Shown here: positions 1 through 12,593 of the stretch, piece by piece | Layout of the letters: each line of letters starts with the position of its first letter | How positions within the stretch are numbered: position 1 is the first letter of the stretch | DNA from: Bugula neritina | Taxonomy: Eukaryota > Animalia > Bryozoa | Reading direction: 5' to 3' | Assembly: GCA_964035545.1 (NCBI GenBank) | Contig: CAXIUT010000048.1 | Location: 1-23,453 of the forward strand | DNA length: 23,453 nt | Translations under genes and position numbers: made by a program | Notes under the pieces: model-generated | The model's input: the letters and a program-made list of their open reading frames with translations, nothing else | What the model was told of the DNA's origin: nothing | Databases searched by the model: none

Positions 1-102
1 CCCAACCCCAACCCCAACCCCCAACCCCAACCCCAACCCCAACCCCAACCCCAACCCCAACCCCAACCCAACCCCAACCCCAACCCCAACCCCAACCCCC
101 CC
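1..102 (-). repeat. Left telomere, (CCCCAA)n = (TTGGGG)n on the minus strand
   Basis: Tandem CCCCAA at the start of the window, with a few C3 and longer-C variants. This is the Tetrahymena-type ciliate telomere repeat. Confidence 0.97.
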
Positions 103-280
103 ACTTTTAATAAAATAGATAACATCCAAGTTAAATATTTAAAATCAGTAAAATATTCTGTCAATAATTAATATTAATACATTTTATTTTAAGTTCAATA
201 TTAAAGCCTTTCAATATCAGCTTTTACATTGCCATATAATATTGAGTCGTCTCTAATTAATTAATAATTATTACAATAAA

Positions 281-928
281 ATGCATAAACCTCTTTCTTA
301 TGTGACCTTATTTTTGGTTATTTACTTACTTTCAGCTTACTAGTCGTCGAATAACCTGACCTCAACTGAAATTTCAAGAATGAGAAATAGCATTATCAAT
401 TGTCTAGGCCAAATATTCTAACAGTCAATATCGGGAAAAGGCTACTTAGATTGGGACTTAATTTACAAATCTACGCTTCGTTCGGGCTGGAAAAGTATTT
501 GTGCTTGCTAATAGTATGCATTCTACAGCTTCTAAAAATCAAACTTATCATAAATACTATATGAAAATCAATGGAGTCTTATAAACTGATTATATCTTTT
601 GGTTGGATACAAGATGCCAAACCTCTTTTACTATATGACAGTTGACGAATTGGAATAAAAGTCTACTTTTGGGTCTTCTGTTGATACGACAATGCAAGGT
701 AGAATATTAAATCTTATCAATCTGGCACCTATCTACAAAGGATAAAATCTATATGATAATTGTAGATACATCAAGGACAAGCTTTCGCCTTATGGAAACT
801 GGGATTGCGTAGTTTCCAGTCCAACTGTCAAATATGCTGGATATATTTGCATTTTAAGTGAAAACTGGGCTATCATTCAAAAGGGAGGACCCTTCAAATG
901 GACCTATTACATCTTTAGAACCTATTGA
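281..928 (+). CDS. Putative secreted protein (~215 aa) with two loosely repeated domains; the C-terminal one resembles a dynein-light-chain/ground-like fold; one in-frame TGA at 587-589
   Basis: ATG281 to TGA926-928 in one frame with TAR as sense. Hydrophobic N-terminus MHKPLSYVTLFLVIYLLSA. C-terminal CRYIKDKLSPYGNWDCVV...KWTYYIFRTY. The only interruption is TGA587. Confidence 0.6.
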
Positions 929-1037
929 ACCTGATTACATCTCAATCAATTTCTATATTTTATCTATAATCGTTAAATATGCATTCTTGTATTTAAGGTT
1001 ATTTAATAAGAATAATGAATATTATTAACTATGACAA

Positions 1038-2642
1038 TCAGGCCACAACTAAATTAAAATTATAAACTTTAACTTCACTATCTTGCAATCTCACAAACCA
1101 CACATCATTTCCATTCAACTCTAGCACTCTGATTTCTTCTCCTTTGAAAAAAGTGACCTTCTCCACCACAATAGACTAACTCTTTTGCTTATCTACAGTA
1201 CAAATATGTAAGTTATTTTATCCTATATTATGAGTACCAATCACCAAGTAGTGATCTGTCTATGCTAAAACTGAACACATGTCGAACTACCGACAATTAT
1301 CCCGATAGTTAGTTCGATAGTGCATCTTCAAAACCATGTCATAGATATAAAAGTTACGACCTTTTGTTAAAACTATTATATAAGAACCGTATATTTGAAG
1401 CTATTGGGTCTATGATACACCACTAGGAATCTGCTACTAGTATTGCAGACTGATCTAGTTGTTTTATTCGATTATGCTGTAGCGACTGAGAGGAGTTGTT
1501 CGACTGCAGCTGAATATTTTATGGCCGTCTTACCAGTATTTCAAAAATTAGACTCTGTAGTTGTGATACTATTGTAATGTAGCGATAATGCCATTTTTTT
1601 GCAGATCAAAGATGGTTATTTTACCTTAATCACGACCCAATAGAGCATAGAACTTGCCTTAGGAATTAAAGAGAAGTATGGAATGTATTCTAAATTAAAA
1701 AGCAAAGTTGCCAGGAACTTTATTGATATAACTCAATAACTACTTATTGTTATTACTTGCTATTCCAATAAAGCTATGCATAGAACCTATTTTCAATGAT
1801 GAGCATTAGTTGATGCTAATAGCTACTTTTTAACTTATTTTTTGGTTTTAGAGATTGTAAATATGGGTCTAATTTTTAACATTGACGAGGATAGTGTCTT
1901 ATTTTGAAAATAGGTGTTAAGGTTTTCCTTAGCAGGTTATTATATTTTTTTGTGCTTGAAGTATTTATGGAGATTTTATTACTTGTTTTGGTAAGTTGAA
2001 TACCTAATTTCCATTGCTAGACGTTATGTTTTTTATTTTGTTTTGAAGAGTAATCAACTAATATTTGGGATTAAAACTATCTAGCAACTAAGTGTCCTAT
2101 CCTCTTAAATTTTGTTTTATTTACTGAATAAAGTTGTCATTGCGCTAGCTATTTATCTTATTGATCAAAATATACGGATTGGCATAGAAATGTATTTTAG
2201 ATCCTAATTTGCTTTACCCATAATTTTAATATTTCTTTATATATCCTGTTATTTTGTTCTTACTTTATATTATCAGCTAGGCTATCTTTGCCTCTAAAAT
2301 ATCGATGATGCCTAACACCCGTTTCAGCTAGCCAATGAATCTCTAGAAATCATTTTTATTTTTATTGAGTTTGGGTTTATCTTGAAGTAGATGATTTTTA
2401 TTGATTTTAAGCTAATTGATTTTCATGATGAATCGATCTGTCCATTTTTAGTAATCTTATATTTGATCGATATGTCCATGAAGATTTTATCTGAAACAGC
2501 GTTAGCATAGATATGTATATTGTTGGCAATCTGTTTTAGAACAATAGTATCTGCTTTCCTTTTTATGCTGTTTACATTTCTGTTCTATTCCTCTCGAAAG
2601 ATACTTTAGCTTGTCTATTGTAGATAGCTTATCACGTTGCAT
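1038..2642 (-). CDS. B-box-like zinc finger, coiled-coil and WD40-like beta-propeller protein (534 aa)
   Basis: 1605-nt TGA-free frame. N-terminal CKQH...YYCSKTDC...LCERC...HGH. C-terminal beta-strand repeats such as ALLGRDEGKITIFDLQK. Confidence 0.8.
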
Positions 2643-2788
2643 GAGTAGGCTGTTATTGATATATTATCAAATGTTCAATCCTTAATTTGAAATATAATTT
2701 ATTTAAACTATAGAATTTGTCAATTTGTGATTGAAATAAAAATAGATATTATTTTGAATGGAGTATAATATAAAACTATCAAATAGCT

Positions 2789-3211
2789 ATGTAAAAAAAA
2801 CTGTATAAAATAACATCTAAAAAATCATAGAAATAACTATCGATATCAACTGATCCACAAACAGCTGGAGTCCTAATTCTGTCTAAACCATCAAATTATC
2901 CAGCTAATATCTTCAATATCTAACTCCATAAAACTTACTATGTCATCAGATGCTAACTCAACCAGTAGTGTCTCTCAGTATATCGTCAATCTCAGTAACC
3001 AGGAGGGATGATAGTGACATTACCGTATTTCGGAGATCCGTCTCAACATTTTCGTTTGCAGAGAATGTTTACTGATAAATAGTATATCATTTAAACTATG
3101 TCTGGATTGGTTTTGGATTGTTTCGAGGAAAGAGATGAAGATGGAACACAAATTATTCAGTGGAATTAAAACGATAGAGATCATCAGTTGTGGTATTTGA
3201 CTTAAATATGA
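2789..3211 (+). CDS. Ricin-type beta-trefoil (ricin B) lectin domain protein (140 aa)
   Basis: SQHFRL and SGLVLDC...DGTQIIQW...DHQLWYL give QxW/QxF motifs. The conserved Gln residues are encoded by CAA/CAG. Confidence 0.88.
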
Positions 3212-3230
3212 TTTAATATACTTTATCTAA

Positions 3231-3870
3231 TCATTTCTTCTTTAACATTTACAATACTTTTTATGATTTTCTATTAGTGATTAAACCTTTTTATGATAAA
3301 TATACTGAAAATAGATCCAAAGCGAGGCTCAAATTTAGAAAATACTTTAGGATCGTTGCATCTGTTGTCATTCTATCTATCTCTGCCACTTAATATGATG
3401 ATATTTACTCTTAGAGAATGATATTCATTATTTTAGGAAAGTTGAATTCTTGAAAACTATCAAAATCAATTATTTTATTACTCATGATTGATAGTTTATC
3501 TAGATTGGGAAATTTACATTTTCTTAAAGCTTTAACTTGAACGATTTAGTTGAAACTTAGGTGTAGAGTTTTTAATTGAGGAGCATTTAGCTTTTGAAAA
3601 ACCTCTATTGATTTTATCTTATTGTAACCTTACTTATCAACCTTTTACTTAAATGCAAGAAAGTTAACTGAGGGAAACTGATATGCACAATTTCTTTTAT
3701 TATTAGAGGATAGTCATTATGATCTATATTAGTAATGAAATACGCATATGGGCTTAGCTGGCATTGAGAATTTTACTTTTTTTGATGGATTTGTTGTATA
3801 TTGGATGACAAAATAGTTTACCTATTAGAATTATGTTTGATGCGAAAGTTACAGTAGTTTCTTCTTCCAT
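3231..3870 (-). CDS. Leucine-rich repeat protein (24-aa LRRs); introns 3724-3743, 3629-3648, 3389-3408 and probably one 19-nt intron near 3287-3305; 3' end approximate
   Basis: After removing 20-nt GTA...AG introns it reads FPQLTFLHLSYNKIKSIEVFQKLNAPQLKTLHLSFNEIVQVKALRKCKFPNLDKLSIMSNKI. Confidence 0.78.
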
Positions 3871-3925
3871 TTGATAAGTATTTGCAAGATATAAGTATTA
3901 CAATATAGATAATTATAAAATTCAA

Positions 3926-4885
3926 ATGAATAAAAGAACCAATATTTCTGATCGCGAACTCAATATAAAAAAAATAGAAATCATAGAGAATTATAAACTA
4001 AAACAATAAAACTACAAACAACTCATCTAGTAAACTAAAAATCAGTGTGAATAAATAAATGCTGGTATCATTAAAGAATGTCAATCTTTTGCCAAAACAT
4101 CATAAAAAATATAATAGAAAGCCTTGTAATTTACTAATAATTGTAAAGAATCGCTTAATGATAGTAATTGTAAAGAAGTAATGAATATTAAAGATTTAGC
4201 TAGTTATTTAAAAAGCTAAAAATAACTGTTAAAAAAATTAACTACTCAATAATCAACACAGCATACTAATGAACTTGATCTTCATAGAATATTATGTAGA
4301 TCTAAATTTTAATCAACTCTAAGATCTCTTAAGAAAAAACAACTACTAGAATAAATCAAATATCTTTAAACAAACGTGTTAGTTCATAACAATCTCATCT
4401 ATAACACTGCAACTGCTCCATTGGTTTCACATTCATAGGAAAAATAACTCAATCAAAAGTTATAAAATGCAGTAAATGAATTAGAAAGAATCATTCTATT
4501 GAGTATTCCTTGTAAACAAGTAGGAGATGAATCACATAAAATCAAAAAGCTCACTGATCAAACGAAAAGGTTGAAAGATTGTTAAAGCATGCTTATTAGT
4601 TAATATGACAAGTTAGGCAAATTATTCAAATATTTCGAAAGTGAATGTCATTTGATTACTTAACATCTACCTCTACCTATCTATGATTCCTTACATCCTA
4701 TTTTACCAAAATAGAAAAATAAAATAAAAACACAGACTATCTCACAGGCATAAATAGATGCCATTCTTTAATTTGACATTCCAGAGATTCAAAACAATCA
4801 CAAATTTACTAATCCTTATGATTAAACTGAAAGATAGATTTAGAAGTTGAGGAAAAAATATAAAAAGGTTGAGAAATTATTTTGA
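3926..4885 (+). CDS. Hypothetical coiled-coil protein (319 aa)
   Basis: 960-nt ATG-to-TGA frame with no internal TGA; rich in K, E and L; no recognised motif. Confidence 0.75.
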
Positions 4886-4927
4886 TAGTGTTTAATATGA
4901 TAATTATCAATGATGAGTAGCTAGTGA

Positions 4928-5957
4928 TCATTCCAATTTCTTCTAGAGTTTATGTTTCATTCTTTCAAGCTTGAATTTTGATATTTTCTGAGGAATCTCT
5001 TTCTCTTATTAATTTTTCTCTTTCTTTTCCTCTTTCTTTTCCTCTTTCTTTTCCTTTTTGATCTAAGTTTTCTAAGTTTTCTAAGTTTTCTCTTCTTCTT
5101 CTTAGTTTGCAGCTTATGTGATAGTTTTGTTTCTTGCCTAGGCAGCTGATTGTTGTAATTTCCTTTGTATCTATTGTTCTTTTGATATCATTCGCTACCG
5201 AACTTCCAAAACGATATCTATTTCACTTTCATTTTTATTTTCAACATTTTATAAATAATCTACTTCATTTTAACTTTAGCTATTTTCATCTTGTGAGAGT
5301 TCTTTGTTAGATTAGTTATATTCTTCTTCAGATATATTTGAATTACCTTGAACCTCTTTATGAATCTTTTATTTTTCAATAGCTTTTTGTTCTTAAAGAG
5401 TGTTATTTGTTTGTTAAATTTCACCTTTTGACTTATTTTTGCCTTAATCTTGAAGTTATTTAGCTTCTACCTCTACTCCTTAATCAAATTCGACAATATT
5501 GAAAATATCTTCTCCATTTTCTTTACCAACAGTTTGCAAATAGCCTTTTTTAGACTCTTCCATTGTCACCACTTTCTTTTTCCCCAAAACTGAAAGTTAA
5601 ACTTTTTCATTTTCATTCTATTTTCTTTTCTTTTAATTTTCAATTCGATTGAGGGCATCTTTGTAATCTACATTAATAGAGTCTTACTTTTTAATCGAAG
5701 CTCTAGCAATTCGATGGCGTCTTCAGACTTCATTTGAGCATAATAGTCACATCCCAGACTGACAGTAAATTCATTAGTGTGTTTGATTTGTACATTTAAC
5801 AATGCCACTTCATTGATCTTTTCCTAAATGTCTTAAAGGTTACATAATCACTGTGATGAAATTGTGAGTAGATTTTCTTGATCTTTCTAATGGTGCCTTC
5901 AGTGTGATCTATTTTGTTCTGAATGTTTGAAGCATGTTAGTCTTGCCGCCCTTACAT
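4928..5957 (-). CDS. URI1: URI1/Bud27-like unconventional prefoldin RPB5 interactor (329 aa); introns 5824-5843 and 5668-5687
   Basis: Prefoldin-alpha motif HTNEFTVSLGCDYYAQMKSEDAIELLELR, an acidic middle region and a C-terminal URI-box-like KISKFKLERMK. The frame closes after removing two 20-nt introns. Confidence 0.82.
5018..5092 (-). repeat. Coding tandem repeats, (EKT)x3 and (EKKE)x3, in the URI1-like gene
   Basis: The minus strand reads GAG AAA ACT TAG AAA ACT TAG AAA ACT TAG, then GAA AAG AAA GAG three times. Confidence 0.8.
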
Positions 5958-6003
5958 TAATTAGTTAAGAGTCAATCTTTATAATTAATTTGGAGTCAAT
6001 TCA

Positions 6004-8513
6004 ATGGAATAACAGTCTTCCTCTAATAAAAGAACAAGAACCAATTTCAACATAAAACCTGTAGACAAATGGGATGATTTTAGAGCCACCTGGCAAAACG
6101 TCAAATTCTAAGAATAACTTAACCAAGCAGACGATAAAGCACTTCAATAGTATTGGCAAAAATAACTTAATAGACTCATGCTTGAGACTTAAACAATTTG
6201 CATCCTTGTTCCCAACAAAGTCAATAAAACAGTCATTGAAAATGAAAAGAAAGAATCTAAAGACGAAATCAAACCTAATAAGGAAAAGATTGAAGAAAAA
6301 GACAAAGAACCTACTCCAAACAAGGAAGTCAAAGATAAAAAACAATCAAAAAACAACAAAAAGGGACCTCCTCAAAGACAAAACAACCAGGTTAAATTAA
6401 ATAGAAAAGTTAAAGACATGGCAATTGAACTAATATAAACTAAATACTCATAGTTATTCTGGTACTAATAGTCTCTTTTTATGGGAAAATAAAAACAACT
6501 AATCATCTATAGATCATGCAATTCAATTGATTATTATCTCTAAAGATATCGATTGCCAACAGATTTTAAACCTCAATTAGATGAACTCTATCGATTGGCT
6601 GATTAAATCTATGATACAAAACGAAAAAGTAATTTGGCTATTTCTTCTTTTTCTAGAAAAGAAATCAAAATAAACCAAAACATTTTGAATGATTCGATGT
6701 AAGATTTCAATTCCAAAATGTTAACTTTTATTCCTTATTTCAAGCAGATTCTCAAAGATTTCAAAGACAACAAAATGACAAATACTATAATTTTACATAC
6801 TTGCAGAGCATAACTATTAGAATCTCTTTAGAAGGCTACAAAATAATAAGATCTTTTCCTTTCCAATAAGTTCTATCAAACAGATTTTGATTAAATTAGA
6901 GATATGGTTATCAAAAAATAACAACAAGTCTAATGTGAACACTAAGAATAACCTGAATAGCCTATTGTTAAATAGTAATATATTTATGTTAATCCTCCAA
7001 GATAACCAGAGGCACCCAAAGATCTTTATGATATTCACTTTGTCAGAATTGATTGGACTAGACAGTGTTGGATTTGGAAGTTTAACTTACCTAGTTGTAG
7101 CAAATATAATCAGTTCAAAGGACTATTTTTGAGATCATAAGATGGAGAATAGATAAGTGAAATAACTAAAGAATTAGATGAAACAGAATAAGTTGTTTAG
7201 TTATAAATATATCCTTACAAAAAAGGGAAAAATATTTGGTAAGTCTACATCTATAACTAAATTGGATTCACAAAAAGCACTGAAAAATTAATTTTTTACA
7301 ATTAGCTTCAAGTAAAAGATTAAAATCAAATTTCTATTAAAAACTATCAACCTTATCTTGTAGGCTAGTCAGAATGCGGTCTTAATCCAACAGAATATAA
7401 ATCACTAGTAAAAAAGCTTCCCTATCCTTGCAAAAATCTCTCAATGTATAACTCGATTGTGATTTGTGATATTAAGGGGTATTGTGCAGGGTGGGGTCAA
7501 ATGTATCATAGTGAATAATCATAAAACTTTTAGACTAAAACATAGTCAGAGATAAAACTGTATCTACTTAATCATCTCAGAATAGAAGTACCATCGCTTT
7601 TACTCGAATCAAAGTATATCAGAAAAGTCACATGTGGATTGGGATATGGACTGATGCTTAGTTCTTTTGGAGTTATTTGGAGTTTTGGAGTCAATAACTA
7701 TGGACAACTTGGTCAAGGCCACTTTAATTCTAACTGTAATACTGTTGAACCTTACTAAATATGCAGATTTGCAAGATAGTCTAACTGCTTTATCACTGAT
7801 ATTTGTGCAACAAGCAAAGGGTCATCATTTGCCCTTGACTAAGAAGGAAGGCTTTACCGCTGGGGATACAACCAAGTTGAACAAACTCATCTGCCAATAA
7901 TTGATCGTTTTGGTAGTGTTATAAACTATCAGACTGGAGACAGACTCTACAAAAGCGCAAATCCAGTTTATATAGGGTATATTTAGTCTTATTTAGACAT
8001 CAGTATATCGATGGAGCAGTAAAGCAAATCTAAGCAGGAGATGAACAATTTTTTGCAGTGACTAGAAGTGGAAATCTATATGGATGGGGGATAGTATCTT
8101 TACTAGGATGTGGAATTCTTAAAGACATCAGATAAGAGGAAGTTGTAGACATTGTTAATCCTAAATTTATTATGAAAGATATATAAAGTGTTTCCACTAA
8201 TAGCCAGCATACAGTAGTTCTGACTAAATAAAATCAGGTTTTAGCTTGGGGTGTTGGCAGTTATTTCTCAAATGAAAAGACAAGTATTCAACTTCAACCA
8301 CTGGATGTCACCAAGTAATACAAATAGGGATCTAATTCGAAGATAAAGTAAATAAAAGCAGGTTTTAATTATACTATTGCTCTTTTCGAAGATAATTCTA
8401 TCAGAATAATAGGCGTTAAATTTTAGTTGGATAGAAATTATTTCAAAAAATCAATAGTGGAGATTCAATGCAGTAGAGTATAAGAAAACTTTGTTGTTCT
8501 TGTTGATGAATGA
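6004..8513 (+). CDS. RCC1-repeat protein (829 aa); intron 7977-7996
   Basis: C-terminal RCC1 blades: VTCGLGYGLMLSSFGVIWSFGVNNYGQLGQG, ALDEEGRLYRWG, AGDEQFFAVTRSGNLYGWG and HTVVLTKENQVLAWG. Confidence 0.88.
7977..7996 (+). other. 20-nt spliceosomal intron
   Basis: GTATATTTAGTCTTATTTAG; its removal restores the RCC1 frame. Confidence 0.85.
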
Positions 8514-8582
8514 TGGATTAAGTTTATTTTAGCTATTTTATAATAACGCTATTTTTAGTTTATCTAATCATATTTGATAAAT

Positions 8583-9388
8583 ATGGGTTGTGTTCCTGAG
8601 AAAAGCAAAGCTAAAATAGAAAGGATAAACGCATAGAGTCCAGTTAGACAAGAAAATGATAAAGCGTTTGGAATATAAATAGTTAAAGACCGATTGAAAA
8701 CTATTAAATTCCATCATTCACCACTCACTAACTCAACTTTCTTGCATTAAAAATTTGCTAAAAGTGCCAACATACCCGAAGAAGTCAACCTCACCTTCAT
8801 GCTCAAATAAACCTCAATTTAGACAAATAATAATACTATCACATTAACAGTTCTCAATGAGCACTATCTAAATATCTATCTAGTGATAGGCGGATAGGTA
8901 GGTGTAAGCAAGACAGGACTACTGATAGACATCATTAATATCAAAGATATTGTAAAAATAAATAGAAAAAAGCCATCACATCCGGATGGAGATAAATTTG
9001 TTTTATCGCCTAAGGCTAAAGATAACAATATTACAGTTATACTAGAACCTGTATCCAACAAGAAGGAGTCCATGTTTCACGTTACTGACTTTAGCCTTGA
9101 TTCACAAGATAGACTTATCAAAAAAAGATAATCTTTTCAAGTACTAGTATCTTTATTTAGTGGTCTGGATTGGCATTTAATTTGCTGCAGATTTATGGTG
9201 CTGAAGGAGATTTCAAATGTAACAACCAGAATGAATGTTCAGTTTGTCTCTCTGAACCAGCTCAAGTGATGCTCATTCCCTGTCGGCACATGTGCATCTG
9301 CAAGGATTGTTCCAAAAAGTATTAATCTATTGATAGACGTTGCCCCATCTGCAGAACAGACTTTAGATCTTTTATTCACTATTCATGA
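8583..9388 (+). CDS. C3HC4 RING E3 ubiquitin ligase, MGRN1/LOG2-like (261 aa); intron 9141-9160
   Basis: N-terminal MGC acylation-like motif. FNLLQIYG precedes ECSVCLSEPAQVMLIPCRHMCICKDC...CPICR. Confidence 0.88.
9141..9160 (+). other. 20-nt spliceosomal intron
   Basis: GTACTAGTATCTTTATTTAG; its removal puts the RING domain in frame. Confidence 0.85.
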
Positions 9389-9453
9389 GAATGATATTTG
9401 CTAATTCTATATATTTAAGATCGAGTAATATAAAATGATAATTTATGTTGATA

Positions 9454-10756
9454 TCATTATTATGGTCTATTGAGATTTTAGCTGATTAAGTCGATATTTT
9501 CAAACATTTTTCTTTTTCTTCGAGATTTGCTTCTTGAACCTATTCGACCGCCCTTCTCCATCTTCATTTTTCTCTACAAAAATGACTCTCTTGATTTCTT
9601 ATCAGAGCTTGAACTATCTTTAGAAGATAGGTCTTTGCTAAACATAGAAAAGTTTTTAGTTTAATACTCCATTTCTGCACAATTGACTAGACCTACTTGA
9701 GGAGATCCTTTATTAACAATATTTTTAGGATTCTAAATTTCTTAACTTTTAGAATGAATTGAAATTACTTCTTTGAAAACTCCAACTTTTTATCTAAAAA
9801 CTTGCATATCTTGTTTATTTTATTTTTCAACAATTTATTTGTCTTTTTTCTTTATTTATTCCAAATGTTTCATGATACTTTCTTTCAACTCATTACTTCT
9901 TGGATCGTTATGATTTCCTTTAACAAACTAAATCCATTTTAAACTCTTAGTTCGATTGTATAACTCTTTAGTATGCTTAACATTAACAAAAGAATCTTAA
10001 GTACTTCCGATATAGATAATAGGACAGCTCACCTTTTCAATGATATTGAGAGGTTTAAGTTTTCTAATATTGAAATCTGTGCTTTCTTTTTTCCATATTG
10101 TGTTCTAGATATACTCTTGAATAGAATTAATAATTGAGTCCAAAAGAAAGTTAGGCAAGAAGGGTAAATAGTCATCGCTGAGTTCATTTATCAACACATC
10201 TAAATCTGCATAAGAATTATCAGAGATAATACCTTTGACTCCTCCATATTTAGCCTGATATAGTAAGGCAGTAGCTGCACCCATACTTCTGCCCCACAAA
10301 AATATATTTTTAACATCATACTATTTTTTGATAAATTTGATAACTGCAAAAACATCTTCTCTCTAATTGTATCCCAAAGTGATGTATTCTCCTTCTGAAT
10401 GTCCGCAACCTCCAAAATCAAAGGCTACAAGATCATAATATGGAAGAAACGATTCTAGGTAATTTTTTCTATATCAGAAGAATGGTACACAACAATTCTA
10501 GCAGAGCCGTTGGCGTGTAAAAAAACAATAGTATCTCTTGCTCCAGAAGAATAACGATCTTTAATGTAAGATCCGACTAATTTGGTGCCCCGCTTGTTGT
10601 TAACTGTAAACTATTGGTGTTCGTAGATCCGATTTTTCATCTAGAAACAAGGAGGAACTGTGTGGTAAAGAAGTTACCTAGATCCTGGATTTTGTATTCA
10701 AAGCGAGGAGGGCGAATGATGCACTTAGCAAGTTTTTCAATGATGCCGAAATCCAT
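9454..10756 (-). CDS. Alpha/beta hydrolase (YqkD/ABHD-like serine hydrolase, 420 aa); introns 10658-10677 and 10469-10488
   Basis: IIRPPR, VFLHANGS, AFDFGGCGHSEGEYITLGYNERED, nucleophile elbow LWGRSMGAATAL, DSFV (Asp) and GNHND (His). Confidence 0.93.
10469..10488 (-). other. 20-nt spliceosomal intron
   Basis: GTACCATTCTTCTGATATAG; joins HANGS to AFDFGG in frame. Confidence 0.85.
10658..10677 (-). other. 20-nt spliceosomal intron
   Basis: GTAACTTCTTTACCACACAG; joins the IIRPPR exon to the rest of the gene. Confidence 0.85.
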
Positions 10757-11167
10757 TCTATAGAGTTTAAACAAATATTATTACCATACATTAAGTTTAG
10801 ATAAAAAGTAATCAAAATAGAAGACTTCATCTATCAACTGACCCAAACAATATATTGTTTTACCCAAGAAATATGTTTTAAATATGATAAAAGAATAAAT
10901 AACAATAAAATTTATCTGAAATAGCTTATATGGGATAAATAAATAATCAAAATAAAACTGATTAATCCTAGATTTTGGATTCATCTAACTTGTATGCCGT
11001 CTAATTATCTAAGAATAATAATTTGTTTTTAGTCTAAATTCAAAATTTGAATTATAAATAATTTTAGAATAGAATAAATGTTAATATATTTATCATTCTC
11101 TAAGCTATTAAATAATTTCATGTTATTCAAATAACAAAATTATAATAATTTACAAATTCAATAACAA

Positions 11168-11914
11168 ATGTAAGTGAAAGATCCCTTCATTAAAATATAT
11201 CCTCCTTCTTCTCAACTTCAACTTAGCCCAAGAAAACACGAGACACTCGCATAGACAAGAATTGATTAGTTGACTAAACTTCCTGAACGAAGATTTGGTA
11301 AATATCTTGTCAAGGCATAAAGAATTATATAAAATTCTATTGATGGCTACACAGCTATTTTTGATTAAAAGTATACTCTAGTTTTCTAAGGGGAATATGC
11401 ACGATCTAAAAAGAATGGATTCGGAGTATAGTATAATCTCGATGGAAGTATTTCTTTTTAAGGGCAGTTCAGAGATGATAAGTATGATGGTTGGGGCAGA
11501 ACTTTCTGCTATTCTGGATAATTTAGAGAAGGTCTTTACGACGGCTATGGAGTTTATTCAACATAAAAGGTATATTACGAAGGTTCTTTCAGTCGAGGAA
11601 TGTTCAATGGATAAGGTCTCCACTTTACAGGTTAAAAAATGATTACTTTCCATCCAGTTAAGAATATCAATAGTTTTTTGACTGAAGGATTGAAGAATAA
11701 TCTTGATATAATGGAAAAGTACCACATTGATGAAATATATATTGGAGAATGGAAAGATGGAAATAAGCATGGATTTGGAAGACTTTGGAAGTTAGATTAT
11801 TGGTATGCAGGACAATTTTCTAATAATCAACCTCATGGATTTGGGGCCTAGGAGGATAGAAAAACGCAAAAAGTCAAACAAACTAAATATAAATTAGGAA
11901 ATAAGGTTGATTGA
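11168..11914 (+). CDS. MORN-repeat protein (248 aa)
   Basis: Repeats FEGEYARSKKNGFGVEY, FEGQFRDDKYDGWG, YEGSFSRGMFNGEG, YIGEWKDGNKHGFG and YAGQFSNNQPHGFG in a single frame. Confidence 0.92.
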
Positions 11915-11993
11915 ATCATAGATTATTATTTATTTATAAAAATAATCAAAAAGATCATTTGAAAAACTGTTTCCTAACCTATTTATAATTATT

Positions 11994-12428
11994 ATGGGAA
12001 GAAAAACAGTAAAGAAGAGCTCTAAAGGCAATAATTCGAGATATGATCAAATTTAAAAAGAGGCCAAAAACCTTAAAGGTCCTCATAGAAATGCATCAGA
12101 CTAAAATTATATGAGAGAATAGCAAGAATAGAAGGAATCTGAGTAGTGGGATGACTTATAATAGATATTTAGATGGATTGAGGGGATAAAGCAGTTGAAA
12201 GTGGATATATCTTTATTGAAGAGTGATTATTTAGTATTGAACAAAATATCAAATAAACTAAATGAAAAAACATAAAATCTTTAAAGAAATGAACAAAAAG
12301 ACAATATTTCATAAGCAAGCAACGAATCTGAGATCAGCTTAGATCAGAAACTTTAAAATTAACATTCTAAAATGTAAAATCGTGAAGTATAAATCAAATT
12401 ACAGCATCAGGAGTAATACCAAGAATGA
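11994..12428 (+). CDS. Hypothetical protein (144 aa), basic N-terminus and acidic remainder
   Basis: 435-nt ATG-to-TGA frame starting MGRKTVKKSSKG; no recognised domain. Confidence 0.65.
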
Positions 12429-12593
12429 TCTTTCATAACATTTAACTTATTTATTAGTTTAAAAATATAAAACTCAATATATTTGGAAATATTGCTTTCA
12501 AAGTTGAGATGATATGTTATTGGACACTTATGTTATTTAGTTTTTTATTTTTCTTAATTGTCATTAATATCATAAACGTCATAGTATAAAATC

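Noticed and set aside
979-1233. Plus-strand ATG-to-TGA ORF
   Set aside because: Antisense shadow of the 3' end of the 534-aa minus-strand gene.
9129-9131. Standard ciliate code (TAR=Gln): this TAA aligns by eye with a Gln conserved in MGRN1/LOG2
   Set aside because: It is a single site in a divergent segment, outweighed by many Glu-diagnostic sites and by exclusive CAR use at conserved Gln.
11631-11657. Possible 27-nt intron in the MORN gene
   Set aside because: It is in frame, stop-free and has a GTT donor, and it is not needed to keep the ORF open.
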